DNA of 64,000 nt from Chlorobiota bacterium (GCA_044224515.1 JBGAKH010000002.1:355817-419816); one strand, 5' to 3'. Shown: positions 47,836 through 58,572, numbered from the stretch's first letter. Notes: a model not told the origin generated them from the sequence alone. Numbers and translations are program-made.

Positions 47836-49647
47836 ATGAGTTCAGTATCTGTTGAACAGCTTAGTGGTGCGGAAGATGTTCGTTGGAACCTAAGCGACCT
47901 CTACCCTGATATTTATGGCAGCGCATTTGAAGAAGACATGCGCAGCGTTGAAACCCACGCCAAAAAGTTTGAGCACGATTGGCGCGGTCGCATTCAGGAC
48001 TGTACGAGCACTGAGCTTGTTCAACTCCTGAATGAGAGTCAGGAGATGATAGAGAGAATTTCGCGACTGGTTATTCGTGTAAGTCTTGAGTTTTGCACGG
48101 ATCACCACAATCCGAAATTGGCTGCTACGTACCAATCTATCAACGAGTTTGCCAGCTCGCTGAGTCGCTATATGATCTTTATCGATATCGAGCTTCAGGA
48201 GTTGAGCGACGAGCGTTTTAGTGTGCTTTGTGATGCTGAGGAGCTGAAGAACTTCCGTCATTTTCTGCGCATCAAGCGTGTATTCAAAGCGCACATTCTG
48301 AGCGAGAAAGAGGAGATACTTGGTAGTGAAAAGGAGATAATCTGTGGCGCTGCATGGCAGCGATTTTTTGAGCAGATGCACGCAACAAAAACCTACGAGT
48401 ATGATGGTCGGCAGGTATCGCAACAAGAAGTCATGATGCATCTCTCCGATCCCGATCGCACACATCGCAAAGCCGCAGCCGAAGCACTGTCTGCGGGCTT
48501 GGCGGAATCGGTGAAGATGAACGCCTTTGTGTTTAACACGATATTGTCGGATCGCCTGATTGAAGATCGCATACGCAAGTACTCCGGATGGCTCAGCTAT
48601 CGTAACATGAGTAACGAGAGCAGTGATGCTGCCGTACAGACTCTGATTGATTCCGTCGTGAAACGTTACGACATCAGTCATCGTTACTATGCTCTGAAGA
48701 AACATGTTCTCGGTCTCGATGAGTTTGCAGACTATGACCGCGGTGCACCGATATCGATCGACACGCATAAAGTACACTGGTCGGAAGCCAGAGCTATAGT
48801 ATCCAAAGCCTACCATGAGTTCGATGAGCGTATTGGCGACATAGTCGACGAATTCTTCGACAAGCAGTGGATCGACGCTGCCCTGCGACCCGGCAAGCAG
48901 AGTGGCGCTTTTGCTGCCGCTACGGTTCCGGGAGCACACCCGTACATTCTGATGAACTACACCGGTCGCATGCGCGACGTAAGCACCTTGGCGCATGAGC
49001 TAGGGCACGGCATCCATGCATACTTGGCGCAACCCAGAGGACTCTACAATCAAAGCACGCCACTGACCGTGGCTGAAACCGCGTCGGTCTTTGGAGAGAT
49101 GCTGATCTTTGACTCGATGATGAACAATGCGACAGACGATAATGAGAAGCTTGCGCTCATTATGGACAAGCTTCACGACATCTGTAGTACAGTGTTTCGT
49201 CAAGTCTCATTCCACTGCTTTGAGGATGCTATCCATACGGCACGACGAAGCCAGGGCGAACTCAGCGTCGCTCGTTTTAATGAGCTGTGGTTGAAGAGTC
49301 AGAAGGAGTGCTATGGTGAGTCTGTGCGCTTTCCGGAGGGACATGAAGTGTGGTGGTCCATGGTCTCTCACTTTATCCATTCACCGGGCTATGTCTATGC
49401 CTATGCTTTTGGTGAATTGCTCGTACTTGCACTCTATGAACTCTATAAAGAAGGTGCTCCCAACTTCAAGCAGAATTACATCAACCTGCTCTCCGCGGGT
49501 GGTAGTGACTCTCCTCAAAATCTGTTGAAACCCTTCGGCATCAACCTCGATGATCCCGGCTTTTGGTCGCTGGGTTTACAATTCATCGACTCCATGCTGC
49601 ATCAAGCTGAAGAACTCGTTCAACGCCGTGATGCGCGCGCCTCGTAA
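47836..49647 (+). CDS. pepF: Oligoendopeptidase F (M3B family metallopeptidase)
   Basis: HEXXH zinc site TLAHELGHGIH. About 600 aa with M3 family overall pattern. Confidence 0.85.
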   Translation: MSSVSVEQLSGAEDVRWNLSDLYPDIYGSAFEEDMRSVETHAKKFEHDWRGRIQDCTSTELVQLLNESQEMIERISRLVIRVSLEFCTDHHNPKLAATYQSINEFASSLSRYMIFIDIELQELSDERFSVLCDAEELKNFRHFLRIKRVFKAHILSEKEEILGSEKEIICGAAWQRFFEQMHATKTYEYDGRQVSQQEVMMHLSDPDRTHRKAAAEALSAGLAESVKMNAFVFNTILSDRLIEDRIRKYSGWLSYRNMSNESSDAAVQTLIDSVVKRYDISHRYYALKKHVLGLDEFADYDRGAPISIDTHKVHWSEARAIVSKAYHEFDERIGDIVDEFFDKQWIDAALRPGKQSGAFAAATVPGAHPYILMNYTGRMRDVSTLAHELGHGIHAYLAQPRGLYNQSTPLTVAETASVFGEMLIFDSMMNNATDDNEKLALIMDKLHDICSTVFRQVSFHCFEDAIHTARRSQGELSVARFNELWLKSQKECYGESVRFPEGHEVWWSMVSHFIHSPGYVYAYAFGELLVLALYELYKEGAPNFKQNYINLLSAGGSDSPQNLLKPFGINLDDPGFWSLGLQFIDSMLHQAEELVQRRDARAS

Positions 49648-49841
49648 GAGACACAGATTCAACCAACCATTAGCCCAGCGGAGACGGCAATCCGACTTGC
49701 GTGTAGTACAATTGCGCTGAGCCCGTGCGAATGAGTTTGTAGAAATTCAGCATACTGGCGTAGCGCCTACCTGTCTCAACACGGCCGCTCAAAATGTAGT
49801 GATTCTGATCTGTTTTAGCCTCCTGAGAAACGATGATGATT

Positions 49842-49873
49842 TTTTAACAAGCCCGGGTCTAAAAAGCGGGCTC
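49842..49873 (+). terminator. Hairpin plus T-run between pepF and the arginine cluster (terminator or leader attenuator)
   Basis: AGCCCG ggtctaaaaag CGGGCT, followed by ctaCTTTTT. Confidence 0.35.
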
Positions 49874-49934
49874 TACTTTTTCTCCATAGTGTATTTTCGC
49901 CTCCCCATTTTTATTCATTTTTTCATGTACTTCA

Positions 49935-50636
49935 TTGAACAATACAGAAGGTAGCGGTGACGCGTCACGGCTCAGTTTCAACATCCATAGAGCAACTGAA
50001 GCCCATTGTGAGTATGCAGAGACCATCTGCCACATTATTGAAGAATCGGCAAAGCAACGGGGAACCGGTATTGCCAAACGACAACCGGAGTATATCCGAA
50101 CGAAGATGCGAGAAGGCAAGGCTGTTATCGCGTTGACGGGTGACGGACGTTTCGCCGGCTTTTGTTACATCGAAACCTGGGAAGACCGTAAGTACGTGGC
50201 GAACTCAGGGTTGATTGTGGCACCCGAGTTCCGCAAGCTGCATCTTGCAAAGCGCATTAAACAAGCTGTCTTCGATCTTTCTCGAGAGAAGTTTCCCGAG
50301 GCGAAGATCTTTGGTATTACGACATCAGCAGCCGTGCTGAAAATCAACAGTGAGCTGGGCTACCGAGCCGCGCACTTCAATGAACTCACAACCGACGATG
50401 CCTTTTGGAAAGGTTGTGAGAGCTGCAACAACTTCGACATTCTCCAACGCACCAAGCGCACGATGTGTTTGTGTACCGGCATGCTCTTCGATGCCTCTGA
50501 AGAGAAGCGCGCTGACAGTGCATCGACACTCGTTCAGATCAATATGCCGGATTCACTGGTGTCTGAACTGCGAGCCGCATCACACGACATCGAAGCAGCC
50601 TCTGCGCCACTTGTTGCAGAGGAGGCAAAGGCATGA
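49935..50636 (+). CDS. GNAT-family N-acetyltransferase leading the arginine operon (candidate N-acyl-glutamate synthase)
   Basis: GNAT fold motifs (VANSGLIVAPEFRKLHLAKRIKQAV; GYRAAHF). Its stop overlaps the argG start (ATGA at 50633..50636). The TTG start at 49935 is uncertain. Confidence 0.6.
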   Translation: MNNTEGSGDASRLSFNIHRATEAHCEYAETICHIIEESAKQRGTGIAKRQPEYIRTKMREGKAVIALTGDGRFAGFCYIETWEDRKYVANSGLIVAPEFRKLHLAKRIKQAVFDLSREKFPEAKIFGITTSAAVLKINSELGYRAAHFNELTTDDAFWKGCESCNNFDILQRTKRTMCLCTGMLFDASEEKRADSASTLVQINMPDSLVSELRAASHDIEAASAPLVAEEAKA

Positions 50637-51826
50637 AGAAAGTTCTGTTGGCCTTTAGCGGCGGCTTGGACACCTCCTATTGTGTAAAGTATTTGCACCA
50701 CGAGTGTGGCATGGAAGTGCATACAGCTATCGTCAACACCGGAGGATTTACCTCTGCGGAGTTGCAGAGCATCGAGTCTCGCGCGAAAAACCTGGGTGCT
50801 GTAACGCATACAACTATCGACGAATCGCAAGCTCTTTACTCTGAGTGCTTGCGCTATCTCGTTTTCGGAAATATTCTAAAGAATAACACCTATCCCTTAT
50901 CGGTGAGCGCCGAACGTGTCTTTCAAGCCCGTGCTATTGCCAAACTCGCACAAGAGATGAAAGTAGATGCCGTGGCTCACGGATCCACCGGCGCAGGTAA
51001 CGATCAAGTGCGTTTCGATCTGGTGTTTCGGGTGATGTGTCCGGAGTTGCAAATCCTTAGCCCCATCCGCGACAACAAACTCTCACGCGAGGCGGAGATT
51101 GCATACTTGCAGAGCAAAGGTGTAGAAGGAGATTGGACCAAGGCACAGTACTCGATCAACCAAGGAATTTGGGGTACAACTATAGGTGGACGAGAAACCT
51201 TAACTTCTTCTCAAGCTCTTCCGAGTGAAGCATATCCAACGCAGTGTAGTGCTGCCAACGAAGCACGAATTCACTTGCAGTTTAAACGCGGTGAGTTTGT
51301 AGCTTTTAACGATCGCTCCTTTGCACACCCTGTGCACGCTATTCAAGCATTGGCGCAGGAGCTTGCACCCTATGCCATTGGACGCGATATTCATATCGGC
51401 GACACGATAATTGGGATGAAAGGACGCGTAGCCTTCGAAGCAGCCGCACCACTGCTCATCATCAAGGCACATCACACTCTTGAGAAACACACCCTCACCC
51501 GCTGGCAGTTGAATTTAAAAGACCAGCTAGCGTTGTGGTATGGTCAGTTGTTGCATGAGGGACAATTCATGGAGCCTGCATTGCGTGCGGTGGAAGCTTT
51601 CTTTGAAACGACGCAAAGCAGCGTAGATGGTGTTGTGCACGTGCACCTGGCTCCCTACCGCTTTGCTGTTGAGGGAATAGAATCGGCGCACGACATGATG
51701 AACACGAGCTTTGGAGCGTACGGAGAAATGAATACGATGTTCAGCGGCGATGATGTGCGAGGATTCTCACGTATTCTAGCTAATCAGTCGTTGATACATC
51801 GGGCAGTCAACGGTGGTGCGCAATGA
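50633..51826 (+). CDS. argG: Argininosuccinate synthase
   Basis: AFSGGLDTSY (PP-loop SGGxDTS). ArgG overall pattern. 397 aa. Confidence 0.9.
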   Translation: MKKVLLAFSGGLDTSYCVKYLHHECGMEVHTAIVNTGGFTSAELQSIESRAKNLGAVTHTTIDESQALYSECLRYLVFGNILKNNTYPLSVSAERVFQARAIAKLAQEMKVDAVAHGSTGAGNDQVRFDLVFRVMCPELQILSPIRDNKLSREAEIAYLQSKGVEGDWTKAQYSINQGIWGTTIGGRETLTSSQALPSEAYPTQCSAANEARIHLQFKRGEFVAFNDRSFAHPVHAIQALAQELAPYAIGRDIHIGDTIIGMKGRVAFEAAAPLLIIKAHHTLEKHTLTRWQLNLKDQLALWYGQLLHEGQFMEPALRAVEAFFETTQSSVDGVVHVHLAPYRFAVEGIESAHDMMNTSFGAYGEMNTMFSGDDVRGFSRILANQSLIHRAVNGGAQ

Positions 51827-52788
51827 CACGAGTCGGAATTGTTGGAAGTGCCGGTTTCACGGCGGGTGAGCTTCTGCGTATTCTCATTCGACATCCCTAC
51901 GTGGATGTGGGAATGGCGTATAGTACAAGTAGTGCGGGGCGCTTGGTGTCGGACGTCCATCAAGACTTAGTTGGAGAGACATCACTACGCTTTAGCGACG
52001 TGGTCGACGATGATGTGGATGTGTTGTTTCTCTGTGTTGATCATGGACAGAGCTCTCAGTTTCTACGTGAACACCCGTGGCTGCTCGAGAAGAAAATCAT
52101 CGACCTGAGCAATGAGTTCCGTCTTCCTGCTTCGACGCATGATTTCGTATATGGTCTACCGGAACTCAATCGCGATCGTCTACGTAACGCCCGGCATGTC
52201 GCGAATCCCGGATGCTTTGCAACGGCAATTCAACTCTCGCTCCTTCCATTGGCGGCCCGAGCCCTTGTAAAAAGCGAAGTCCATGTGCAAGCAATCACAG
52301 GATCCACCGGTGGAGGTCGTAAGCATGAAGCTTCGCTGCACTATTCGTGGCGTGCCAACAATGTGCAAGTGTATAAGGCATTTCAGCACCAGCATTTGCC
52401 GGAAGTCAGACACTCTTTGTCGCAAGCGCAAGGCGCTGAGATACCGACTTTGAATTTTGTTCCCATGCGAGGCAGTTTCACGCGTGGCATTTTGGCTTCA
52501 GCTTACACGCAGTGTGGTATGTCGCAAGCGGAGCTGATTGAGTGTTATCGGAGTTACTACGCTTCGCATCCCTTTGTGCACTTGGTTGATGACTCTCCGG
52601 ACATCAAGCGTGTTGTGAACACAAACAAAGCACTCTTGCATGTAAGTGCAGTAGACGACAAAGCCTTTGTTGTGTGTGTCATCGACAATCTGCTCAAAGG
52701 TGCTAGCGGACAAGCGGTTCAGAACATGAACCTTATGGAAGACTACGACGAGTCCACGGCGCTTTCGCTCAAAAGTGTCGCATTCTAA
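51823..52788 (+). CDS. argC: N-acetyl-gamma-glutamyl-phosphate reductase
   Basis: VGIVGSAGFTAGELLRIL NAD-binding N-terminus and the catalytic Cys context NPGCFATA. The start overlaps the argG stop (ATGA). Confidence 0.9.
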   Translation: MTRVGIVGSAGFTAGELLRILIRHPYVDVGMAYSTSSAGRLVSDVHQDLVGETSLRFSDVVDDDVDVLFLCVDHGQSSQFLREHPWLLEKKIIDLSNEFRLPASTHDFVYGLPELNRDRLRNARHVANPGCFATAIQLSLLPLAARALVKSEVHVQAITGSTGGGRKHEASLHYSWRANNVQVYKAFQHQHLPEVRHSLSQAQGAEIPTLNFVPMRGSFTRGILASAYTQCGMSQAELIECYRSYYASHPFVHLVDDSPDIKRVVNTNKALLHVSAVDDKAFVVCVIDNLLKGASGQAVQNMNLMEDYDESTALSLKSVAF

Positions 52789-52844
52789 CATCCAAACACA
52801 AGGCAGCAGACGAGCTGCGCCCTCACGTACTCACAAGACGATCA

Positions 52845-53801
52845 ATGAAACGATTCTTTTCAGTGCAAGACTGCACGTCGTTGCCCGAACTCATGGAGCT
52901 CGCGATGCACCATAAATCAACGCCACTATTAAACTATGGTCTCGGCAAACACAAGTGTCTTGGATTATTGTTTTTCAACCCAAGCCTGCGCACGCGCATG
53001 AGCTCACAGCGCGCGGCGTACAATCTGGGCATGGATGTGATAGTGATGAATGTAGGAGCTGATTCATGGACCTTAGAGACGCGCGACGGCGTTATCATGG
53101 ATGGCAGTGCAAGTGAGCATGTTAAAGAGGCTGCTGCCGTGATGAGTCAGTACTGCGAGATTCTGGGAGTACGCAGTTTTGCCTCACTGAAGGATCGTGA
53201 AAGCGACTATGCTGAGGAAGTGCTGGAGTCTTTCGCAGCATCCGCCACAAGTCCGATGATAAGTTTGGAATCAGCAACCCGACATCCTCTGCAGTCCTTC
53301 GCGGACATGATCACTATCGAAACGCACAAGAACCGAGAGCGTCCACGGGTGCTCCTCACTTGGGCTCCACACCCAAAGGCTCTCCCGCAAGCAGTTCCTA
53401 ACTCCTTCGCAGAGTGGAGTCTCGCAATGAACTACGATCTGGTCATTGCTCACCCACCCGGTTACGAGTTGCATTCTGCTTTCACTGCCGGTGCAGAAAT
53501 CACCTACGATCAAGACGCAGCGTTGAGGGATGTCGATTTTGTCTATGCAAAAAATTGGTCGAGCTTTAGCCAATATGGGTCAATTTTGAGTCAAGATCCG
53601 AAGTGGCAAATCACTGAGCAGAAGATGTCGCTCACGAATAACGCGCGCTTCATGCACTGTCTACCGGTGCGACGTAACATGATAGTGAGCGATGCCGTGT
53701 TGGATGGTCCTGCATCCATTGTCGTTGAACAAGCAGCAAATCGCGTTGTGAGTATGCAAACGGTTTTGGACCGCATGGTGCACGGTCTAATGCAGTCATG
53801 A
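52845..53801 (+). CDS. argF': N-acetyl/N-succinyl-ornithine carbamoyltransferase (argF', Bacteroidetes type)
   Basis: Transcarbamylase motifs SLRTR (STRTR-type carbamoyl-phosphate site) and HCLP (MHCLPVRR). Its position inside an acyl-ornithine-type cluster fits argF'. Confidence 0.8.
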   Translation: MKRFFSVQDCTSLPELMELAMHHKSTPLLNYGLGKHKCLGLLFFNPSLRTRMSSQRAAYNLGMDVIVMNVGADSWTLETRDGVIMDGSASEHVKEAAAVMSQYCEILGVRSFASLKDRESDYAEEVLESFAASATSPMISLESATRHPLQSFADMITIETHKNRERPRVLLTWAPHPKALPQAVPNSFAEWSLAMNYDLVIAHPPGYELHSAFTAGAEITYDQDAALRDVDFVYAKNWSSFSQYGSILSQDPKWQITEQKMSLTNNARFMHCLPVRRNMIVSDAVLDGPASIVVEQAANRVVSMQTVLDRMVHGLMQS

Positions 53802-53908
53802 GTTTGACTGAATACCATGAATATGTCTGCATGCCGCAAGAAGGAGTGTAGAGGGCTCGTAGGATAGTGCCGGAGATTTTTTGCTAAGGCGTCGCTACGC
53901 GCCGCCTC

Positions 53909-54694
53909 ATGGAACATCAAAAGGAGACCACTGTGAACACATCGCTTCTCGTTCTCAAATTGGGCGGCGACATTGTAGATGATGTTGATCGACGACGGAG
54001 TGTACTCTCAACGCTTGCTCAGTCCAAGCAGAGATGTATTCTCGTACATGGTGGAGGCAAGGTCGCATCGGAGCTAAGCACGCAGCTTGGCGTGTTGACA
54101 GAGATGGTTGATGGACGTCGCATCACTGACGTCGAGACACTAAAGATCGTTACTATGGTGTATGCCGGTCTCATCAACAAGACTCTCGTAGCCGATGCTC
54201 AACTCTGTGGTCTTAGTGCAGTTGGGCTGAGTGGTGTCGATGCCAATCTCTTGCTGGCACATAAACGTCACGTTCAGACAGTTGACTACGGTTATGTCGG
54301 CGATATCGATGCAGTCAACGTCTCCTTTCTGCAGCATCTCTTGGAGCAGCATCACATGCCGGTAATAGCGCCGATTAGTCATGATGGGCAAGGCCAGCTT
54401 CTGAACACCAATGCCGATACAGTTTGTACTGAGATCGCCAGGGCAATGTCTGTTACGCAAAACGTTGAAGTGCTCATGTTGCTAAACAAAGAGGGAGTGC
54501 TGCGGAACGCAGATGATGACGCTTCCTGTATCACTGAGCTCAGCGAAGAAGAATTTGTGCACTTGCGCGAAGAGGGCTCTGTGCATAGCGGTATGCTAGC
54601 GAAACTCGAGAATGCCTTTGCACTACATCGAGCAGGAATTCATGTACGCTTATGTTCATGGCGGAGTCTTAGCGGAGGCACCGTGTTGATCTAA
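53909..54694 (+). CDS. argB: Acetylglutamate kinase
   Basis: Amino-acid kinase family: LVLKLGGDIVDD, ILVHGGG, NTNADT. Confidence 0.85.
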   Translation: MEHQKETTVNTSLLVLKLGGDIVDDVDRRRSVLSTLAQSKQRCILVHGGGKVASELSTQLGVLTEMVDGRRITDVETLKIVTMVYAGLINKTLVADAQLCGLSAVGLSGVDANLLLAHKRHVQTVDYGYVGDIDAVNVSFLQHLLEQHHMPVIAPISHDGQGQLLNTNADTVCTEIARAMSVTQNVEVLMLLNKEGVLRNADDDASCITELSEEEFVHLREEGSVHSGMLAKLENAFALHRAGIHVRLCSWRSLSGGTVLI

Positions 54695-54790
54695 GAGTTG
54701 GACCTATCACGAGTCGATGCGTATGGAAGCAAGCATACAGTTTTTTACCCTATGTCAGAATGCAACCGGTTTGAGTCGAGCCCATAGTCA

Positions 54791-55915
54791 ATGAACGAGA
54801 GCATAGAAACTATACTACGTCGACAGAGCGAGAGTGCAATTGAACTTCTTCAGAAGTTGATTGCGACGCCCTCAATCAGTCGAGAAGAAGTGGCAGCAGC
54901 GGATGTACTAGCTGCGCACATAGGCGCGCAGGGCGTCGCGCTGCAGCGCATACAGAATAACATCTGGTGTGTCAATACCGCGTTTGAAGCATCGAAGTTT
55001 ACGCTTCTGTTGAATTCGCACCTCGACACTGTCAAAGCCAATAGCGATTGGAAGAGAGATCCACTGGTACCGCAGATAGAGGATGCTCGTTTGTATGGAC
55101 TCGGCTCAAACGATGCAGGCGGACCACTAGTGAGTTATGCTGCCGTATTCCTTGCGCTGGCTCATCGAGAGGATCTACCGATTAACCTTGTGTTTGCGGC
55201 AACGGCAGAGGAGGAGATCAGTGGTGTCAATGGCATACAGTTGGCGATGCAGCACATGCCTCGCATTGATGCGGCCTTGGTTGGGGAACCGACACAGATG
55301 CAGATGGCGACGGCAGAAAAAGGGCTGATGGTTTTGCGTTGCTGCGCGCACGGACGCAGCGGACACGCCGCACGTAATGAAGGTGAGAACGCCATTGACA
55401 TCGCGCTTTCAGATATAACATGGGTACATGCCTATCGTTTTGAGCGAGAGTCGACAAATCTGGGTCCGGTGAAAATGACCACGACAATGATCCATGCCGG
55501 CACACAACACAATGTCATACCGGATCGTTGTGAATTCACAGTCGACGTACGGAGTACCGACGCCTACACCAACGACGAGATTGAGAGTGTCGTACGAGCG
55601 CATCTGCGCTCTGAAGTCGCGGAGGTGTCCAAACGATTGCAACCCTCTTGTATAGACGAAGGTCATCTCATCGTAAGAGCCGCGCGTGCGTTATCGATCC
55701 CGACATACGGATCGCCGACACTATCGGACCAGGCATTGTTGCGTGTACCCTCGGTAAAGATAGGTCCGGGCGACAGTGCTCGCTCGCACACTGCCGACGA
55801 GTACATCGGGGTACAGGAGATACACGATGGCGTTGTAGAATTGTATCGACTGATTGAGATGATTTGTACACTGTATCGCACAGACGAGTCCGGAAGGAAA
55901 GGAGAAGCACAATGA
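54791..55915 (+). CDS. argE: M20-family deacylase (acetylornithine deacetylase / N-succinylcitrulline desuccinylase, ArgE-like)
   Basis: M20 peptidase metal-binding pattern: HLDTV, GSNDAGG, EEEISG, GEPT, HAG. Its stop overlaps the argH start. Confidence 0.75.
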   Translation: MNESIETILRRQSESAIELLQKLIATPSISREEVAAADVLAAHIGAQGVALQRIQNNIWCVNTAFEASKFTLLLNSHLDTVKANSDWKRDPLVPQIEDARLYGLGSNDAGGPLVSYAAVFLALAHREDLPINLVFAATAEEEISGVNGIQLAMQHMPRIDAALVGEPTQMQMATAEKGLMVLRCCAHGRSGHAARNEGENAIDIALSDITWVHAYRFERESTNLGPVKMTTTMIHAGTQHNVIPDRCEFTVDVRSTDAYTNDEIESVVRAHLRSEVAEVSKRLQPSCIDEGHLIVRAARALSIPTYGSPTLSDQALLRVPSVKIGPGDSARSHTADEYIGVQEIHDGVVELYRLIEMICTLYRTDESGRKGEAQ

Positions 55916-57273
55916 AATTATGGGATAAAGGACTACACACGGCAGCGAGTGTTGAGACGTTCACGGTAGGGCGCGACCGAGAGTACGACATGTATCTCGC
56001 ATGGTTTGACGTAGTTGCGTCCATGGCCCACAGCACGATGTTGTCTGAGGTTGGCTTGTTGAGCAAAGAGGATTGTCAAAGCGTGCTCGCGGGACTCCGC
56101 GTCATCCTTGGCGACATTGAAAACGGCAGCTTTGCAATTGCGGAGTCGAGTGAAGATGTGCATTCTCAGGTAGAAGAACTGTTAACTGAACGTATCGGTG
56201 AAGCTGCCAAGCGTATCCATACCGGGCGGAGCAGGAATGACCAGGTGTTGGTGGATATGAAGCTGTATCTGCGGGAGCAACTTTGTTGTGTGAGGGAAGA
56301 AGTAGAAGAGCTTTTTTGGATTCTGATGCAGTTAGCGGAAAAATACAGTGCAGTCATTGTGCCGGGATACACGCACTTTCAAGTGGCGATGCCATCTTCT
56401 TTTGGACTCTGGTTCAGTGCCTACGCTGAGTCGTTGATTGATGATGTGGAACAGCTCACAGCGGCTTATCGCGTAGTCAACAAGAATCCTTTAGGTTCAG
56501 CTGCAGGCTATGGCAGCAGCTTTCCTTTGAATCGAGTACGGACGACAGAGCTTCTGGGATTTGAGTTCATGAATGTCAGCAGCGTCTATGCCCAAATGAC
56601 ACGCGGCAAGAGCGAGAAAATGTGCGCACAGGCTTTAGGAAACATTGCTGCCACGCTATCGAAGATGGCATACGATCTATGTCTGTACAACTCACAGAAC
56701 TTCAACTTTGTAACCTTGCCGACAGACTACACTACCGGCTCCAGTTTAATGCCGCACAAGAAAAACCCGGATGTGTTCGAGCTCATACGAGCGCACTGCA
56801 ACAGAGTACAAGGTGTAGCGGGAGAGATCATCCTCCTCATCAACAACCTACCATCAGGCTATCACCGAGATGTACAGCTCTTGAAGGAGCTCATCATTCC
56901 TGCGTTCGAAGAGCTTCGAGCATGTTTGCAAATGTCTATCGAAGCCATGCCCTTGCTGGAAGTCAAGCACGACATTGAAGCGAACGAAATCTATCAGTAC
57001 ATGTACAGTGTGGATGCGGTTCACGCACTTGTTCAACAAGGCAAAAGTTTTCGAGATGCCTACCGCGAGGTAGGAGAAGGCATTCAAAGCGGAAATTTCA
57101 ACATCTCAGAACATGTATTGGCGAAGAAGGGCGATAACATAGCTCATGAAGGGAGCATAGATAACCCGGCTTTGGATCTTATACGAACTCAAATGGATGC
57201 CGCCATTACACGCGTGGACTGGCAGGCAGGACGTCGAGCATTGCACCACTTAAGTGCTCAAGCGCGTGACTAG
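55912..57273 (+). CDS. argH: Argininosuccinate lyase
   Basis: Fumarase/aspartase family signature GSSLMPHKKNPD. ArgH N-terminus MKLWDKG. ATG at 55912 overlaps the argE stop (ATGA). Confidence 0.9.
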   Translation: MKLWDKGLHTAASVETFTVGRDREYDMYLAWFDVVASMAHSTMLSEVGLLSKEDCQSVLAGLRVILGDIENGSFAIAESSEDVHSQVEELLTERIGEAAKRIHTGRSRNDQVLVDMKLYLREQLCCVREEVEELFWILMQLAEKYSAVIVPGYTHFQVAMPSSFGLWFSAYAESLIDDVEQLTAAYRVVNKNPLGSAAGYGSSFPLNRVRTTELLGFEFMNVSSVYAQMTRGKSEKMCAQALGNIAATLSKMAYDLCLYNSQNFNFVTLPTDYTTGSSLMPHKKNPDVFELIRAHCNRVQGVAGEIILLINNLPSGYHRDVQLLKELIIPAFEELRACLQMSIEAMPLLEVKHDIEANEIYQYMYSVDAVHALVQQGKSFRDAYREVGEGIQSGNFNISEHVLAKKGDNIAHEGSIDNPALDLIRTQMDAAITRVDWQAGRRALHHLSAQARD

Positions 57274-57442
57274 GCAGAACGCATAGAATGTCGGCCGATA
57301 CGGGATAAAGTCCAAAGTGTGGATTTTTGGCAAATTCTGCATGTTCTGTACGAATCTGCATCACTTTTCCACAAAAATTGTCGCTTTGGTTTGCTCACAA
57401 TCCCCAAAAATGCTATTTTCGAAGCCTTGCAAAATTAAGGAT

Positions 57443-57517
57443 GGGCGCTTAGCTCAGCTGGTTCAGAGCATCTGCCTTACAAGCAGAGGGTCGGGAGTTC
57501 AAATCTCTCAGCGCCCA
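57443..57517 (+). tRNA. tRNA-Val (anticodon TAC)
   Basis: Manual cloverleaf fold. Acceptor GGGCGCT/AGCGCCC, D-arm GCTC-AGCTGGTTCA-GAGC, anticodon stem TCTGC/GCAGA with loop CTTACAA, variable loop GGGTC, T-arm GGGAG-TTCAAAT-CTCTC, discriminator A. No encoded CCA. Confidence 0.9.
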
Positions 57518-57525
57518 CATCCAAA

Positions 57526-57557
57526 AAGCCGTTTTTCGAAAGAAGAGCGGCTTTTTT
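57526..57557 (+). terminator. Rho-independent terminator after the tRNA
   Basis: AAGCCG ... CGGCTT stem, followed by TTTTTT. Confidence 0.6.
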
Positions 57558-57888
57558 CGTATGTGGTTGATAGAATATGGCTTCCAAAAAAGCAGCAGCT
57601 AAGTGGCGCGGACGAAAGGCTAAAATTTAAAGACGAAGCCGGGAGACGCGATGCCATGGAACAGACAGGCGCTGAAGCAATATTGATGTATCCAACGAAA
57701 CCACGTAGAAGAGCTCTTTAGTCATGGCAAGAGTGATTCAGACTGATTACTCGACATCACACAATAATTAAGCATCTTTGAACTCCGGCGCATGACGAAC
57801 TGCCTCAACGATCCTCTACGAGTCGAAGAGAATCGTAGTGCGGCGCAACTCTGCAGGATTATTCTTCCCACTATCCGGGGACACATCG

Positions 57889-58572
57889 ATGCAAACATTG
57901 CCCTCCTACATTACATTTGTTTTTTCGCTCACAACTGTAGCTACTCTTTGGTTTTTTAGCGCGGCTACGGCATACAAGAAATGGACATTTATCGTCGTTG
58001 CAGTGTGGTTAGTTTTTCAGGCCATAGTTGGGATGTCGGGATTCTACACAATTACGCATACTTTCCCTCCACGCTTTTTAGCTCTTGTACTGCCACCGGC
58101 GCTCTGCATCATAGCACTCTTCAGCACGAGCAAAGGCAGAGCGTACCTCGACAGCATGGACCTCAAAGCACTGAGTCTCGTTCACACAGTGCGCATACCG
58201 GTCGAAATCGTCCTCTACTGGCTCTACCAACAAAAAATGGTACCACAGCTCATGACCTTTGAAGGAAGCAACTACGACATTCTTTCGGGTATGACAGCGC
58301 TCGCTGTGTATTTCATGTTGTTCAATGGTTCACCACTAAAAATCAGACTCCTTGTGGTGTGGAACGTTATCTGTCTCGGACTACTCTTGAACATTGTCGG
58401 CAAAGCGGTGTTGTCCGCTCCCTTTCCCTTCCAACAGCTTGCCTTTGAGCAACCTAACATCGCCGTTCTGTACTTCCCTTTTAACTGGCTCCCATCGTGC
58501 GTAGTACCCCTTGTACTACTCTCACACCTTGCGTCACTACGCCAACTTTTCAGAAAGCTACGAGAGAAGTGA
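57889..58572 (+). CDS. Hypothetical polytopic membrane protein (about 7 TM)
   Basis: Hydrophobic segments throughout (FVFSLTTVATLWFFSAA, FIVVAVWLVFQAIVGMSGF, LALVLPPALCIIALF, and others). No recognisable motif. Confidence 0.45.
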   Translation: MQTLPSYITFVFSLTTVATLWFFSAATAYKKWTFIVVAVWLVFQAIVGMSGFYTITHTFPPRFLALVLPPALCIIALFSTSKGRAYLDSMDLKALSLVHTVRIPVEIVLYWLYQQKMVPQLMTFEGSNYDILSGMTALAVYFMLFNGSPLKIRLLVVWNVICLGLLLNIVGKAVLSAPFPFQQLAFEQPNIAVLYFPFNWLPSCVVPLVLLSHLASLRQLFRKLREK

